From positions 29,326,001-29,390,000 of the forward strand of contig OZ320319.1 in NCBI GenBank assembly GCA_976226885.1: a stretch of DNA of 64,000 bases. The letters run 5' to 3'. Shown here piece by piece: positions 51,101-60,811 of this stretch. The notes under the pieces were generated by a model. That model did not search any database, was not told where the DNA came from, and saw only the letters and a list, made by a program, of their open reading frames with translations. This DNA is from Iphione sp. A-MEVVRFRX5. Its lineage: Eukaryota. How positions within the stretch are numbered: the first letter of the stretch is position 1; each line of letters starts with the position of its first letter. Made by a program: the position numbers and the translations under genes.

Positions 51101-52777
51101 CTAGATGATATACTATTCGTATGAATCAGTCTGCCACAGCCTGAAGAGCAAGGGATCTCCAGCTCGTATAATTAATTTTCCTCAAATGTAGAGTTGAGGG
51201 AACGGATTTCAAGAGTCAACGAGCAAAGAGTCGATCTGTCACTGGGTCTGATCAATGAACACGCAAGATGGCACACTTGCATCGTTATTAACCCTTTAGT
51301 ACGGCAGCTTCCCCCGAGAACACAGCCAGATCTAGCTATTCACATGTAGAGCCTGGAACTCACGCCTTGCCTAGAGTAGAAGAGAAGAACTGATTTCAAA
51401 ATCTGTATATTATCAACTGTCCTCCTTTAAACATGCGCAACTAAATAATTCGGATTGATTTCAATTCTTCTTTAATGTTGTCATCTTTTTTTCGTGACGA
51501 AGAAGCGTTGGTGTAGACTTAGGCTATAATTATAGAAAATGCCTGCCACACATCAGATTGTAGATGTACATAGAAATACAAATGAATGGGGGTGTTCTTA
51601 CCCTTTGCTATATACTAAACAAGTTAATTTTATTGCTTTGATTTTTTATTAAGCATAGTTTTGATCCATTTTGGAAGTTTCTTCCAAACGATATTCGAGG
51701 CTATAGGAAAAATAAGTTTATAGTTCGTAATTCTGTACACACACCATCTCTTTCTGCCTTTTGTTTAAGCAGTGACCAATATTGCCAGAGGTATTTCTAA
51801 CTTTACTCTTAATGCATTATGAAATATCCTCGTATTTCTTTTAGTGAAACTGAGTAGTCGACAGTGGTTGAGCTGTCTACAGTCTGTTCATACACTGCAT
51901 GCTTTCAAAATGATCTAGCGAATGAAATCTTTCAAATTCCAGATCGACATGAATGTGAAAATGCCGGATATTCGGTTGAGTCCATTTGCGCCGTTTTTAT
52001 TTGCTTCAATTTAAGTCGAAGCTTCCTTTAAGTATATGTACATATATTTTTTAGACTTCAAGACAAAGCAACGCACCTCACCTTCATCATTTGTCGATGT
52101 CAAACAATAAATATAAATGTGAATGAACAATAGAATTCTATTTCAATGTACATTATATCTTCAATCCTGGTGAAACGGAAGGCGTGGATATGCTTCTTTA
52201 CCGGGAAAATGAGACCTTGAAATATTAAAATATGCGTACATGAATTATATTTTGATAATATACTATATTCAGTTTAGATATATATTTCAATATTTACCAC
52301 ACATCTTAATATTTATGTAAATAGAAGTTGCAATTGACGATTTTGATATCTATTCACCCTATCAAACAGGTGTAACTGTCCACCATACTACTAAAATGAA
52401 CACATGCACATTATAAGAAAATGTATTTAAGTTTTTTTCAACCCATGGCGTGGAACTAAGTCCTGTTGGGATTTTCGTACTTACTTTTATCATGTAACCT
52501 CCTCCTACCTTGCACCTAATATTCCAGTGACACAATATTTAGCTTATTAATAGTTCGAGGTGTTGAAATGACCATGTTTGTCTACCATTCGATCTACGAT
52601 GGTGCTGATATGCACATGAATGACGTAAAATGTTTCAGACCCCGCCGTCTGTCACAAGGGGTCATACAGCGTTATCGCACACAGCAAGGTCAAGATGGGA
52701 AACAGCCGGAGCAGGCACAAGACGGTCGGGCAGCATTCCGTTATGCACCCTTCCGCGAAAGAAAGTTCTCGTTTTGA
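566..52777 (+). CDS. SLC4: SLC4-family bicarbonate/anion transporter gene (band 3 / NCBT-like), multi-exon. About 1234 aa with first exon 1a, 1377 aa with 1b, 1179 aa with 1c.
   Basis: Manual splicing of GT-AG exons with consistent phases gives SLC4 hallmarks: [138 protein letters not shown]. The specific paralogue cannot be assigned without a phylogeny. Confidence 0.95.
6541..7141. mobile_element. Non-autonomous DNA transposon of about 600 bp with TGTGACCAGCC...GGCTGGTCACA terminal inverted repeats
   Basis: Perfect 11-bp inverted termini flanked by TA on both sides; no ORF. Confidence 0.7.
8652..9273 (+). CDS. SLC4: SLC4 alternative first coding exon 1b, acidic Pro-rich N-terminus (207 codons)
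   Basis: GC-rich 209-aa ORF with an in-frame TAG upstream (8637-8639). Donor CTG|GTAAGT at 9273/9274 is phase 1, matching 26380. Confidence 0.85.
11148..11187 (+). CDS. Candidate SLC4 alternative first exon ([13 protein letters not shown])
   Basis: ATG preceded by an in-frame TAG (11139-11141), with a strong donor ATG|GTAAGT in phase 1. It is short and could be chance. Confidence 0.3.
11614..11790. mobile_element. MITE of about 177 bp, pogo/Tigger-like (CAGT...ACTG termini, TA target duplication), copy 1
   Basis: ta-CAGTGGAAACTCTATTTG...CAATAGGGTCTCGACTG-ta; similar to four other copies in the window. Confidence 0.8.
18921..18977. repeat. (CAT/CAC)n imperfect trinucleotide repeat
   Basis: atcatcatcatcaccatcaccatcaccatcatcatcg... 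Confidence 0.9.
21110..21137 (+). CDS. SLC4: Candidate SLC4 alternative first exon 1c (MHAPSPIPE)
   Basis: acgtcATG context identical to exon 1a, in-frame TGA upstream (21083-21085), perfect donor AAG|GTGAGT in phase 1, and a CpG-rich upstream region. Confidence 0.55.
24092..24266. mobile_element. Same MITE family, copy 2 (opposite orientation)
   Basis: ta-CAGTGGAACCTATATTTGTGACCA...GGTGGTCGCAAATAAGGTTCCTG-ta. Confidence 0.75.
26380..26692 (+). CDS. SLC4: SLC4 first common exon (ERNGTQ...AERVRFIL...WKEAAR)
   Basis: Pyrimidine tract and CAG acceptor, donor AG|GTACGT, phase 1 to 2; conserved SLC4 N-terminal motifs. Confidence 0.95.
27307..27485. mobile_element. Same MITE family, copy 3
   Basis: ta-CAGTGGAGTCTCTATTTG...GATAGGGTTTCAGCTG-ta. 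Confidence 0.7.
28346..28509 (+). CDS. SLC4: SLC4 exon ([31 protein letters not shown]...)
   Basis: ttcag acceptor, G|GTAGG donor, phase 2 to 1; conserved band-3 cytoplasmic domain motif WSKPHVA. Confidence 0.95.
29618..29792. mobile_element. Same MITE family, copy 4
   Basis: ta-CAGTTGAAACCATATTTGCGACC...GATAGAGTTTTGACTG-ta; the interior aligns by eye with copy 1. Confidence 0.78.
33078..33113. repeat. (AG)n microsatellite
   Basis: About 18 perfect AG units. Confidence 0.97.
33658..33918 (+). CDS. SLC4: SLC4 exon (ENLTSAISN...[11 protein letters not shown]...PASR)
   Basis: ctgcag acceptor, T|GTAAGA donor, 261 nt, phase 1 to 1. LLKPHKH matches the SLC4 LL.RH.H motif. Confidence 0.85.
34169..34287 (+). 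CDS. SLC4: SLC4 exon, variable loop ([16 protein letters not shown]...LLPYK)
   Basis: ttgttgtag acceptor, AAG|GTACTT donor, 119 nt. It bridges phase 1 to phase 0 as required between the flanking exons. Confidence 0.7.
34514..34579 (+). CDS. SLC4: SLC4 exon ([22 protein letters not shown])
   Basis: 66 nt, phase 0-0; matches the conserved KKIP.GAEA.NVLVGE motif. It is absent from the ORF track. Confidence 0.92.
35280..35465 (+). CDS. SLC4: SLC4 exon ([14 protein letters not shown]...[11 protein letters not shown]...LLSDR)
   Basis: Conserved motifs; cag acceptor, GTAAGA donor, phase 0-0. Confidence 0.95.
35680..35826 (+). CDS. SLC4: SLC4 exon (VFCEVAYK...[16 protein letters not shown])
   Basis: Conserved VLPP.WDP.RLEPP motif; 147 nt, phase 0-0. 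Confidence 0.95.
36014..36123 (+). CDS. SLC4: SLC4 exon (DKIRRRLL...DDSLRRTGR)
   Basis: tttag acceptor, AG|GTACT donor, phase 0 to 2; L.RTGR motif. Confidence 0.9.
36161..36474. mobile_element. Related MITE in the opposite orientation to 45846-46194
   Basis: GTTTCCGGTAACCCGACCGACCC at the left and GAAACACAGATATTTTTTAGGTC at the right are reverse complements of that element's ends. Confidence 0.55.
36656..36830 (+). CDS. SLC4: SLC4 exon, TM1 ([12 protein letters not shown]...[23 protein letters not shown])
   Basis: Conserved motifs; phase 2 to 0. Confidence 0.96.
37495..37628 (+). CDS. SLC4: SLC4 exon, TM2-3 (GTIETLLAG...[17 protein letters not shown])
   Basis: atag acceptor, GTGAGT donor, phase 0 to 2. 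It is absent from the ORF track. Confidence 0.95.
39853..39998. repeat. 49-bp-period degenerate tandem repeat, about 3 copies
   Basis: ACAGATT anchors at 39868, 39917 and 39966, spaced exactly 49 bp apart. Confidence 0.85.
40225..40276. mobile_element. Partial (right-end) copy of the CAGT MITE
   Basis: ...GGTCGGAAATAGAGACTCAACTG-ta matches the family terminus. Confidence 0.5.
40583..40826 (+). CDS. SLC4: SLC4 exon, TM4-5 ([11 protein letters not shown]...RFTEESF...KLIK)
   Basis: Conserved motifs; phase 2 to 0, donor AAC|GTGCGT. Confidence 0.94.
41124..41294 (+). CDS. SLC4: SLC4 exon, extracellular loop 3 part 1 (CHCEHPP..., four N-glycosylation sequons)
   Basis: ttttcacag acceptor, CAG|GTACTA donor, 171 nt, phase 0-0; C-x-C as in the NCBT EL3 loop. 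Confidence 0.9.
42891..43097 (+). CDS. SLC4: SLC4 exon, EL3 part 2 and TM6 (GEAC...[16 protein letters not shown]...FFPS)
   Basis: Strong acceptor, GTAAGC donor, phase 0-0. Confidence 0.95.
43388..43504 (+). CDS. SLC4: SLC4 exon, TM7 ([14 protein letters not shown]...PKLTVP)
   Basis: tttcag acceptor, GTAAGT donor, 117 nt. It is absent from the ORF track. Confidence 0.95.
43891..44061 (+). CDS. SLC4: SLC4 exon, TM8 (RSWVVNPMG...[28 protein letters not shown])
   Basis: Conserved motifs; AAG|GTAAGT donor. Confidence 0.96.
44639..44817 (+). CDS. SLC4: SLC4 exon, TM9-10 (KGHGYHLD...[17 protein letters not shown]...FLGVR)
   Basis: Conserved motifs; phase 0 to 2. Confidence 0.96.
45014..45086 (+). 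CDS. SLC4: SLC4 exon, TM11 ([17 protein letters not shown])
   Basis: EQR motif; phase 2 to 0; GTAAGT donor. Confidence 0.94.
45260..45328 (+). CDS. SLC4: SLC4 exon, TM12 ([23 protein letters not shown])
   Basis: Conserved motif; 69 nt, phase 0-0. Confidence 0.95.
45581..45757 (+). CDS. SLC4: SLC4 exon, TM13 (FVQRV...PGKYQPD...HLFTAIQ...LFPLM)
   Basis: Conserved motifs; phase 0-0. Confidence 0.96.
45846..46194. mobile_element. MITE of about 350 bp with GG(C/G)C termini and a TAA duplication (Harbinger- or Zator-like)
   Basis: taa-GGCCTAAAAAA...GGGTCGGGCAGGTTACCGGAAAC...TTTTTAATTAGCCC-taa. Confidence 0.6.
46305..46463 (+). CDS. SLC4: SLC4 exon, TM14 and start of the acidic C-tail ([12 protein letters not shown]...ELYWLD)
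   Basis: Conserved VRK.LD..F...EL..LD motif; phase 0-0. Confidence 0.95.
48158..48175 (+). CDS. SLC4: Candidate 18-nt SLC4 microexon (QEDKID)
   Basis: tcttttaccaacag acceptor, GAC|GTATGT donor, phase 0-0. The acidic peptide fits the tail composition. Confidence 0.55.
49142..49254 (+). CDS. SLC4: SLC4 penultimate exon ([16 protein letters not shown]...AAGRRFR), 113 nt
   Basis: CTAAC branch point, long pyrimidine tract, tag acceptor and AG|GTAGGC donor. Phase 0 to 2 matches the last exon. Confidence 0.75.
52639..52777 (+). CDS. SLC4: SLC4 last coding exon (PRRLSQG...RERKFSF*)
   Basis: tgtttcag acceptor; phase-2 entry reads to TGA at 52775-52777. Confidence 0.7.
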
Positions 52778-53660
52778 TGGAAATTCCCGGCGAAGAAAAG
52801 ATATTCGTAATATTCAAATATTTCCAATCCATCCCCAAGTTGTCAGTTCGGCGTCTATCTCTTAGCATGGCACTCAGCTCGTAGCATGTTAGTATAGAGT
52901 TACCTATACTCTTCCGTACCGGATATGTGTCCTCAGCATGCGCGCATCTCTAGAGTATGTCATGGCCACAACGGATGTTCATTGACATTGGAAAAAAATT
53001 GTAGATATGATACTGCTACGTCCTGACTTTTGTCCAACATTTGTCCTCAGCATGCAAACACCGCTATAATTTTGTTCTCTTGTGGCCAAACCAGATGCTA
53101 GGTAAAGTGAACTCTTCACTTGAAAATACAGATCGAAAAAGCCCGCAGTGGATGGCGAATGTAAGACAAGAGGAGGACTTGATCATGTATGTTCAAGAAA
53201 AATCCGACAGGAGAAACCTATATTGGATGAGCAAGGTCTTTATGTTAAAAGGACAAGACGGTTGAAAAATTAAAAGGAAAGCATTTCAGATGAAGAACAT
53301 AAAAAGGATCATATTAGGCTTCTGTAACGAAGCTACTTGCCATCAACATTTAGTACGATGTAATATTGCATGTGCAATGTGTCTGTGTAGGTTATGGATG
53401 ATGAAAAGATTATAAGGCATACTTTCCGATTGTGTTTTCACATAGGTCGTTGTTTTTTGTTGCATTTATTTCATCCTTCGGAATATGTACTCACATAGGT
53501 CCTTGTTTGTTGCTGCATTTCTTTCAGCACCCATTAGCACGGTTTTTATTGTTATGCTTTAGTGTTCACTTGAGAAGATGTGTACGTTTTTTTCGCTATC
53601 ACCCGTAAGTTTTTACACTAATTGTAAGCTTAAGTTTGGTTATATCTGTGCTTATGTCTA

Positions 53661-53696
53661 TCTACATATATATATATATACATACATATATATATC
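53661..53696. repeat. Imperfect (TA)n repeat
   Basis: atctacatatatatatatatacatacatatatatatc. Confidence 0.85.
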
Positions 53697-56600
53697 ATTT
53701 CCAACCTCGCGTAGCAGATCTTTAACGCTATTTTTCAATGGCAGCTTTTGTTTGCACGTTCTGAAGTATAACACAATGGTATATTCAACTGCTCTTAGAA
53801 TTTGATATCCTTCGGAGTTACATCTAAGAAACATACATTACAATGCATCTGCATTTCTTAGGTCTAGACACAGACCAGCAGATCACTCAAACTATTGCGC
53901 ACTTCACTTATAAAGACTCATATTCGAACGAACCTACTCCGATTTTCTATCTCTGCCGTACGCATTGATAAACTGATCTCTGTAAAGCTGTTTATAATCA
54001 CTAATTAATGATTGTAGTAGCCAGCACATTTTTATTAGAGCCTGTTTTTTTTACAGACCTCGGGTACTGTCACATAGCGTCATCAGACGTTATAGGCCGC
54101 CCCATGGACCTCAGGGTGAAATTATCCAGCCTATTGCGACTCCGGAGTCGGACTTCCGAATCTACGTGCCTTTCAGAGAGCGAAAGTTTTCATACTAGCT
54201 TGAGAACTATCGAATGGATATCAGCCTACTTGGTCACCCTTATTAGGTGATGTCAGTAAATGTAGTAACTTAGCCCTGATCACGCTACTGAATGATGTGG
54301 CTTTGTTAAAGATATTCACCACAGCGATGTGTGTGTAAAATGAATTAATTCACTATGAAACCAAGAACCTGATATAATTATGAGCATAATAGCAGCGCGT
54401 ATAACCTGGTAACAATGCTTACTATAAGAATATACGCTGTATTTCTTTCACATGAAAGAATATGTTTTCCTTGTGATCATGACGAACAGATAAATGTAAT
54501 GAGTAAACCAGTTAATTTCTAACAGTAATAAGTCAACACAGTTCTTAAAATGACGTTTTTCCTCAAACTTATAATAATTCAAATGAAAATCTTGTTCAGT
54601 TGTATCCTTTAGAAAACATTTACAGATGTATGTACATGCATAATATTTAGCTCAAGTAAATGATAAATATATATATATACTCTAGTTATGATGAAGAAAA
54701 ATATAACCAGAACTAGGATCATACTTGAATAATTCGCCAGATTTGTTGCTTCATGTTTCATAATCTAAATATCTGACAAATATCTGTGTGTGGACTAAGT
54801 TCAATGTTATGAGCACGATTTTGAATACCCAGTATGATGTAATTGACTGAGCAACAGTCTGGCTTACCATTCATTGGTATTCTGGACTCTATCAAGAAAG
54901 TAAAGGACATATTATTGTATCCGAGACAGTGCTTAAAGTTTGAATGTTCTGTCACCACAATAAGAGAACAGGGGAACTAAGTTTAACTACAGAACAAGAC
55001 AGCATCCTGTATCAGAAATGTTATGTTAAGTATATTATATTGCAGTTTATTTAATGGGCGAATAGTAGGTGAAAAACATATTCAAGAGGACTAAAAGTCA
55101 ACACTTATAGCACCTTATTCATGCATGTGAACAACAAAAGAGACATGCGAGGGTTTTAATATAAGTGCACATTGATAATCTTTTTGAAATACTCTTTTTT
55201 AGTTAGAGTTTTCGCGTCAAATGATACAAAATGTACCCACATGTTATACGTACCTATAATGTGTTTAAAAGACTTTATTTTGGTCATTATACCACGTGTT
55301 CGTCGATATGCATTTGTAGGCGCAAACATGATTTTAGGGCATTAAAAAATGCTATACCTATCAAACTTTGGACACAGTGTTTCGTTTACATAACTAGTTA
55401 GTAGGCCTACTGTAAGCCAGAGCTTCCCCTGTCTTATTATAGCATGTGCACTTGTTCTAGTGGTCTAAGGCAGTGTGGTAAAGGGAAACCACGTAGAGAA
55501 AATTAGTAGATGTCTTTACGACAGTGGCCCTGACTTGTGCTGGCTGTAAACACAGGTACATGCAGATCCATACCATTTTGACACACCTACAGTTCGCCCT
55601 GTCACATGCCAATTAACCAATGGCTTTTAGAAGAGCTCACATATTGCACAGTGTTTATACCATATAGAATGCTTAATAATAGTGTTATATCGCATCATAT
55701 AGCGTGAGTAACAAAACTCGTTTAGCTATTTGTATTATAACATTAACATAGAAAACGCTATCTCAATTTGTATATCGGTGCTGCATGGAAGTTTCGCTAG
55801 ATTTTCTGAGCGCAGATTGTTCCCCACGATACATTTCTTTAGACTGTCTTAGTCAGCAATGTTAAAACTTGTTTGATAATAAATAATGTCATTTTTGAAT
55901 GAAAAACTGTTTGGTGTTTCTTTTGACAATTGTATGATCAGTTAGTTACGTCCGGCGTCCTATCCAGAAACGAACTACGTGTTAAGATCTTGCCACAAGA
56001 TGCCGCCACCATAGTAAGCAGTGTCGCTATCTACAGGTTTACGTGTAGATTATACAGGCCTGTCGTGATGCTCATACTTTGGCATTGGTGAGCCTCACGA
56101 CGATATCGAAACGAGGAAAGTTTTGAAATAATATAATATAAATAACTCGGTGAGAAATATTGTTCAACTTCAATATAATTCAACTACCGATGCTAAGCAC
56201 GAAAAGTCAAACTGAAAGAATGTCCGGAATATGACACCACAATATCCCGTCGGTGAGAAGAAATAATGGTGCAATCCGACAAATCCAGCTTTCATAATTC
56301 CCTTATTTATTTCCTCTTAATTAACCTCTGACCTGTAATGAAAAGAGATACGCACTCCCCCACAACTAGGCATCTGGATGGGAATCCCTTTTTCAGTCGA
56401 AGTAGGAGTGTGTGACTCGGTTTCAGCAAAGTGAGACATTCAAGGGCAAAACTGGATATGTAAGGTCTGGTTTCCATGTGTGTGCATTTCAAATTAGGAC
56501 CCTGTATATGGTTATACTGAAAAAAACACTATTATAAGCAACACCTTCACTTTTTCCACATGTATTCGTCCAGATTCCAGAGTTCAGAATCTAATGCTCA

Positions 56601-56856
56601 AAACAAACATTGCCCATAAATTTTCCAGTACCACAGAATCCGGACAGAAAAATGAATAAGTAGGATTTGAACATGATGGTTTATATCGGGCCCAGGATAT
56701 CTAACATATGTTTGACCATGTAAAATTATACCTAATTTGCATATCATTTGCATGCAGCAACAAGAAATTGCTTAGTTAAAAAAAACATAGAGAAAATGCT
56801 AGACCATTTATACAGTTATTGCCAAGTTTCTAGAAAATTACAGAAACTAGTTAACA

Positions 56857-57032
56857 CAGTGGAATATCTATTTACAACTACCACTTGGGACCAACCTCAA
56901 ATGGTCTTATTGGTGAATTTGGTCGTAAATGGAGTATCAAATGTATAGAAATCAACATTTTGGTACCCATCTCAGCTGGTCTGAAATAGAGAATGGTTGC
57001 AAAATAATGTGGTCTAAATAGAGACTCTACTG
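56857..57032. mobile_element. Same MITE family, copy 5 (probably in the 3' UTR of the - strand gene)
   Basis: CAGTGGAATATCTATTTAC...AAATAGAGACTCTACTG-ta; shares the internal GTATAGAAATC motif. Confidence 0.75.
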
Positions 57033-57310
57033 TACTTAGTTTGCCACACACATACACACACAGATACACTCATGTACATGGAAAGTGCCCATCCATGAGT
57101 GTCCAGAACTGTCCTGGAAACTAGTACATGCATACAGGAAAAAAACGCAGACACCTGGAAACCCGGCCAACTATATACCGGTGCATTTGAAAATTTAGTT
57201 TATATTATGGTCAGTTACTCTCGCCCTCCCTAGGAGAACAGAAATGATATAACACTGGTTAGTTAAATAATGCACCTAACGTCTAAAATAAATCCTGCAC
57301 AATGCGGACG

Positions 57311-57463
57311 TCATACACGCATAAAATTATCGTCTTCTAGATTGTCTAACCATGTGTTTATCCTTCTTTGAGGGACGACTTTGCAAAAGGGGCACATCAG
57401 ATTGACACTTCGCGGATCATGGTCGTCCGGACAGCCAAAGACGTCTATCACTCCCGCCACCTT
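57311..57463 (-). CDS. Last coding exon of the same gene (KVAGVIDVFGCPDDHDPRSVNLMCPFCKVVPQRRINTWLDNLEDDNFMRV*)
   Basis: gttctttgtatttccag acceptor on the - strand, phase 0 matching the donor, 50 codons then TGA. This frame is not in the ORF track. Confidence 0.75.
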   Translation of the reverse strand, partial: KVAGVIDVFGCPDDHDPRSVNLMCPFCKVVPQRRINTWLDNLEDDNFMRV

Positions 57464-57528
57464 CTGGAAATACAAAGAACACACACCTACATGATATCAT
57501 CGTCCTATTGGAGACAGGACATTGAAGC

Positions 57529-57574
57529 CTCTGTCTGTCTGTCTGTCTATCTATCTTTCTGTCTTTCTTTCTCT
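57529..57574. repeat. (TCTG/TCTA/TCTT)n tetranucleotide repeat
   Basis: Lies in the intron of the - strand gene. Confidence 0.9.
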
Positions 57575-58207
57575 CGTGGTACAACGCTATATTTTGAATT
57601 CCAATATCTTTAAAGTACTTACTGTTCGTCTTGTACTTCAACTCTTCCAAATTAGTTTGACTAGTTATGTCTGGTTGGTCACTTTGTATAGCTTTCTTAA
57701 GCTATACTGATGCTGTACTGGCATCATAATTTATCGGTAAAGTACCATTCTCGTCAACCCATTTTTACATGAATATGTTACAACTATATATACCATTGCA
57801 TATCATTACTAAAACTGGCAATCCATAATGGACTGTACATAAGCGTAGCATATGGTAAATCAATCTTATCAGGGTAAACTGCACATTCATACATGTTCTG
57901 TAAAATGTATACTCTTCCACATTACTGTTTACCGCAAATTTGATAAAACCCGTCATACCATTTATGGTGCGGTTGAGCATAATTTGAAATGTTTTAATCG
58001 TTATAAGTATTAGACTGTGATTAAACAGGTCTCACTGAAATAGTGTAAAGGCACTTCCGTCTGTAACAAATGAAGAGCACAGAACTGTTAACTTTACATC
58101 CACCTCTAAAAATGTACATTCATTTCAACTTGTAACCAGAATTCGTTCATCTTAAAAGTACTTACTCTCTTTTTAAATAATTTGGCAAGCGTTGCTTTTC
58201 TTGCTAC

Positions 58208-59674
58208 CTGCTGGCAGTTGCACATGTGATACAGGTACTTGCTAATTTTTCGCGGGGCAAGAATTTTCATATCCCCCTCCTTGCCGGTCCCTTCGCCTCC
58301 ATCCTTCCCCTGTCCACTCTTACTACGCAGGATAGCACTTATACTACGGCTCTTGGTCCGACCGTCCACCTTGTTGCTGGCACTGGTGTCATTCGGGCCT
58401 TTGCCACTAGAGGCCGTTGACAGCGTGCGGCGTCTGGCGGAAGGCGAGGACGGCCTGCTGGGGGTCTTACTTCGCGCCGAAGGTGACCTGCCGCGAGCGG
58501 GGGTGGAGGTGCGCGGTTTACGGGAGGCCCGACTCGGCCTCACGCTGGCGGACGACGGTCGCGAGCTGGCGTCAATGATGCTCTTGGAGGGCGAGCTGGG
58601 TCTCGACCCGCTCACCGTAATGGCGTCCATAGTGACACTACCGCTATACATGCTGTCCGAGAACATACGAAACACGCTGTCCACATCCGCCGTCGAACAG
58701 TACTCGGTGGCCCCCACGCTGCCCGGAAGTCCCATGCCCCCGATGCCCTGGAAGTGGGAGTTCCAGAGCTCGCGTGATTTGCGGTTCTGGCGCTCGCGAG
58801 TGTCGGCCTTAACCTGCAGGAGGCTCTGATGAATGGCCTTCTGCTTGTCGCTGACTGTTTGTGCTGATTGCTCCCGTGCAGACAGCATCTGTTGTTTCTT
58901 ATTGTTTTTCTGACCTACAGCAACCGAGGCGCTCGATTTCTGTGGGTTGGAGTTCGATTTCTGCTTCGATTGCAGCTGTTTCCCACCTGCTGGCTTTTGC
59001 TTTGTCTTCGATTGCTGTCCAGCGGTTGCCTTAACTCGTTCCTCCCTCTGTTGCTTCTCCTTCTGTTGAACGGCCTGCGAAGCCTTCTGCTTGGTCAGGT
59101 TCTGCCATATGCTCTTGTTGTCCGACTGTGTCTTGCTCCGTAGGCGGGCGAGTACCTGCACCCGCTTGGTGGAGCCATCGGCGCGACTCGTCACTGTCCC
59201 CGTGGCGCTCGACGGTCGTTCCGAGCCGCCCGCGGTGGCCGTTTCCCCCGGGTCGGAACGCTTATCATCTGGCAAGAGGAATTTGGTATGCTTGCGTTTG
59301 CGCACTGGCTTGATGTCGGGGATGGCTGCCTCCACCTCCTGCTTCTCCAGGGCGCGGTAGGCGTGTGACAGGCGGAACTTGATGACAAAGCCGACCGGCT
59401 CAATCGGAGGTTCATCCTCATTGCCAGAGACGCTCTGCTGTTTGAAGAGGAAGCGCCGTTTCGGCCCGTACTTCTCCATCAGTTTGAAGTACTTGGCTGA
59501 CGCCTCCTCCTTCTGACGCTTGCGTTCCTCGGGTGTCATGGCGCCTCGTCGACTAGAAGCAGTGGTAGGTCTCTCCACCCCGTCTGTCCCGTTCAGAGAC
59601 GTGGACCTTGACTTTGGTTGAGGCTGAGTGGCTTCCGACATGTCACTGACGTCGTCCGACATTTTGCTTGACAT
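58208..59674 (-). CDS. Large coding exon of an uncharacterised basic Ser/Lys/Arg/Gln-rich low-complexity protein (489 codons)
   Basis: Lies inside the 548-aa ORF 58106-59752 with high GC3. Acceptor ttctgtccttcaag precedes 59706, the first ATG is at 59674, and the donor CAG|GTAGCA follows 58208. Upstream exons cannot be excluded. Confidence 0.85.
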
Positions 59675-60811
59675 TGAATAAGTTTTCACTCGAATAGAAC
59701 AGGGGCCTTGAAGGACAGAATTTGTGAAGCTATGTCCCCGAATCCACCGCAAAATACGGATGAATAATCACAGCCATTTTGTTTTCACGAAACAATGAGT
59801 GGGTGGGCTCATCTTTGTGCACACCGATGTTTCTCTTGATGTCTTAGCCCGTGTGGTTTCAGCTTAACAGAGGTATTATATGATACCTGCAAATAATTCG
59901 TGGATCAAAAGGACAATATCAGATATATCGATACTTTACATCTACATATACATATACATGAATATCGATTAATGATCAGTTATTACCAGAGTGTTGTGGT
60001 AGTTAATTCAAATTTGTCAGTGAGGCCTTTACTATACCATAACACAAAGCACCGATGTTTCATAACTTTGGCCATTTCAGTGGAAGACGACATTGTAACT
60101 TTTCATCCAGTATAAATGTAAATATACTATCCGTTGCCTGCTTATGTTTACCAGGAAAAATTATGAAGCTACATTTAAGGTCAGTTTATCAATGATCGTT
60201 TAGAAATATGCTAGGAACGGTTTCAAGGCCTCATTGTCTCCTTATCTTCGTGACAAAGCATTTGGGTGAGAACCATTCTGTTGGCGATTGATACTTCATT
60301 TCCGGGGGTTATCTTTTTTCGTTATTTTTATTTTACTTCGCATTCCAAATGGTGCCAAAATATACTGTAACGTGTCGGTCGTTGTCAGGCCAGATGGCTA
60401 TTGTGAAATAAAGAACTTCCACACAGAGTATGCGTTGTTGCTCTCACTTCCAAGTCCGGATGAGAACTGTCTTTATTCAGGAAATCAGTGCCCTTATATA
60501 CAGAGTCTGGCTCTAAATTTAGCCATGGTACAGTCTTAAAAATAGTAACACCCTCCCCCAGAGATCTTTCTGGAGGGGTGCTTCTGGAACCTTCTACAGC
60601 ACATACTACCTTTCTCTATAGGATCCTTCTGTTAGCTATCCCACCAGGGGATCGCTTGGTATTGGCCAGCGTCGTGGCGCCCTCTGGGGTTATGGCATGC
60701 ACTAGCGCAGCTAATTAGCAGGCCACGGGTCAGTAGGTTGATGTTTAGGGTCGAGGCAGGTACCCCGGTAGTGTTGGCGTTGGCGTTGGCGTTGGCCGAA
60801 AAAATACAGCC

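Noticed and set aside
58239-58829. 196-aa + strand ORF (and other ORFs in 58226-59421)
   Set aside because: Antisense or alternative-frame shadows of the GC-rich - strand coding exon.
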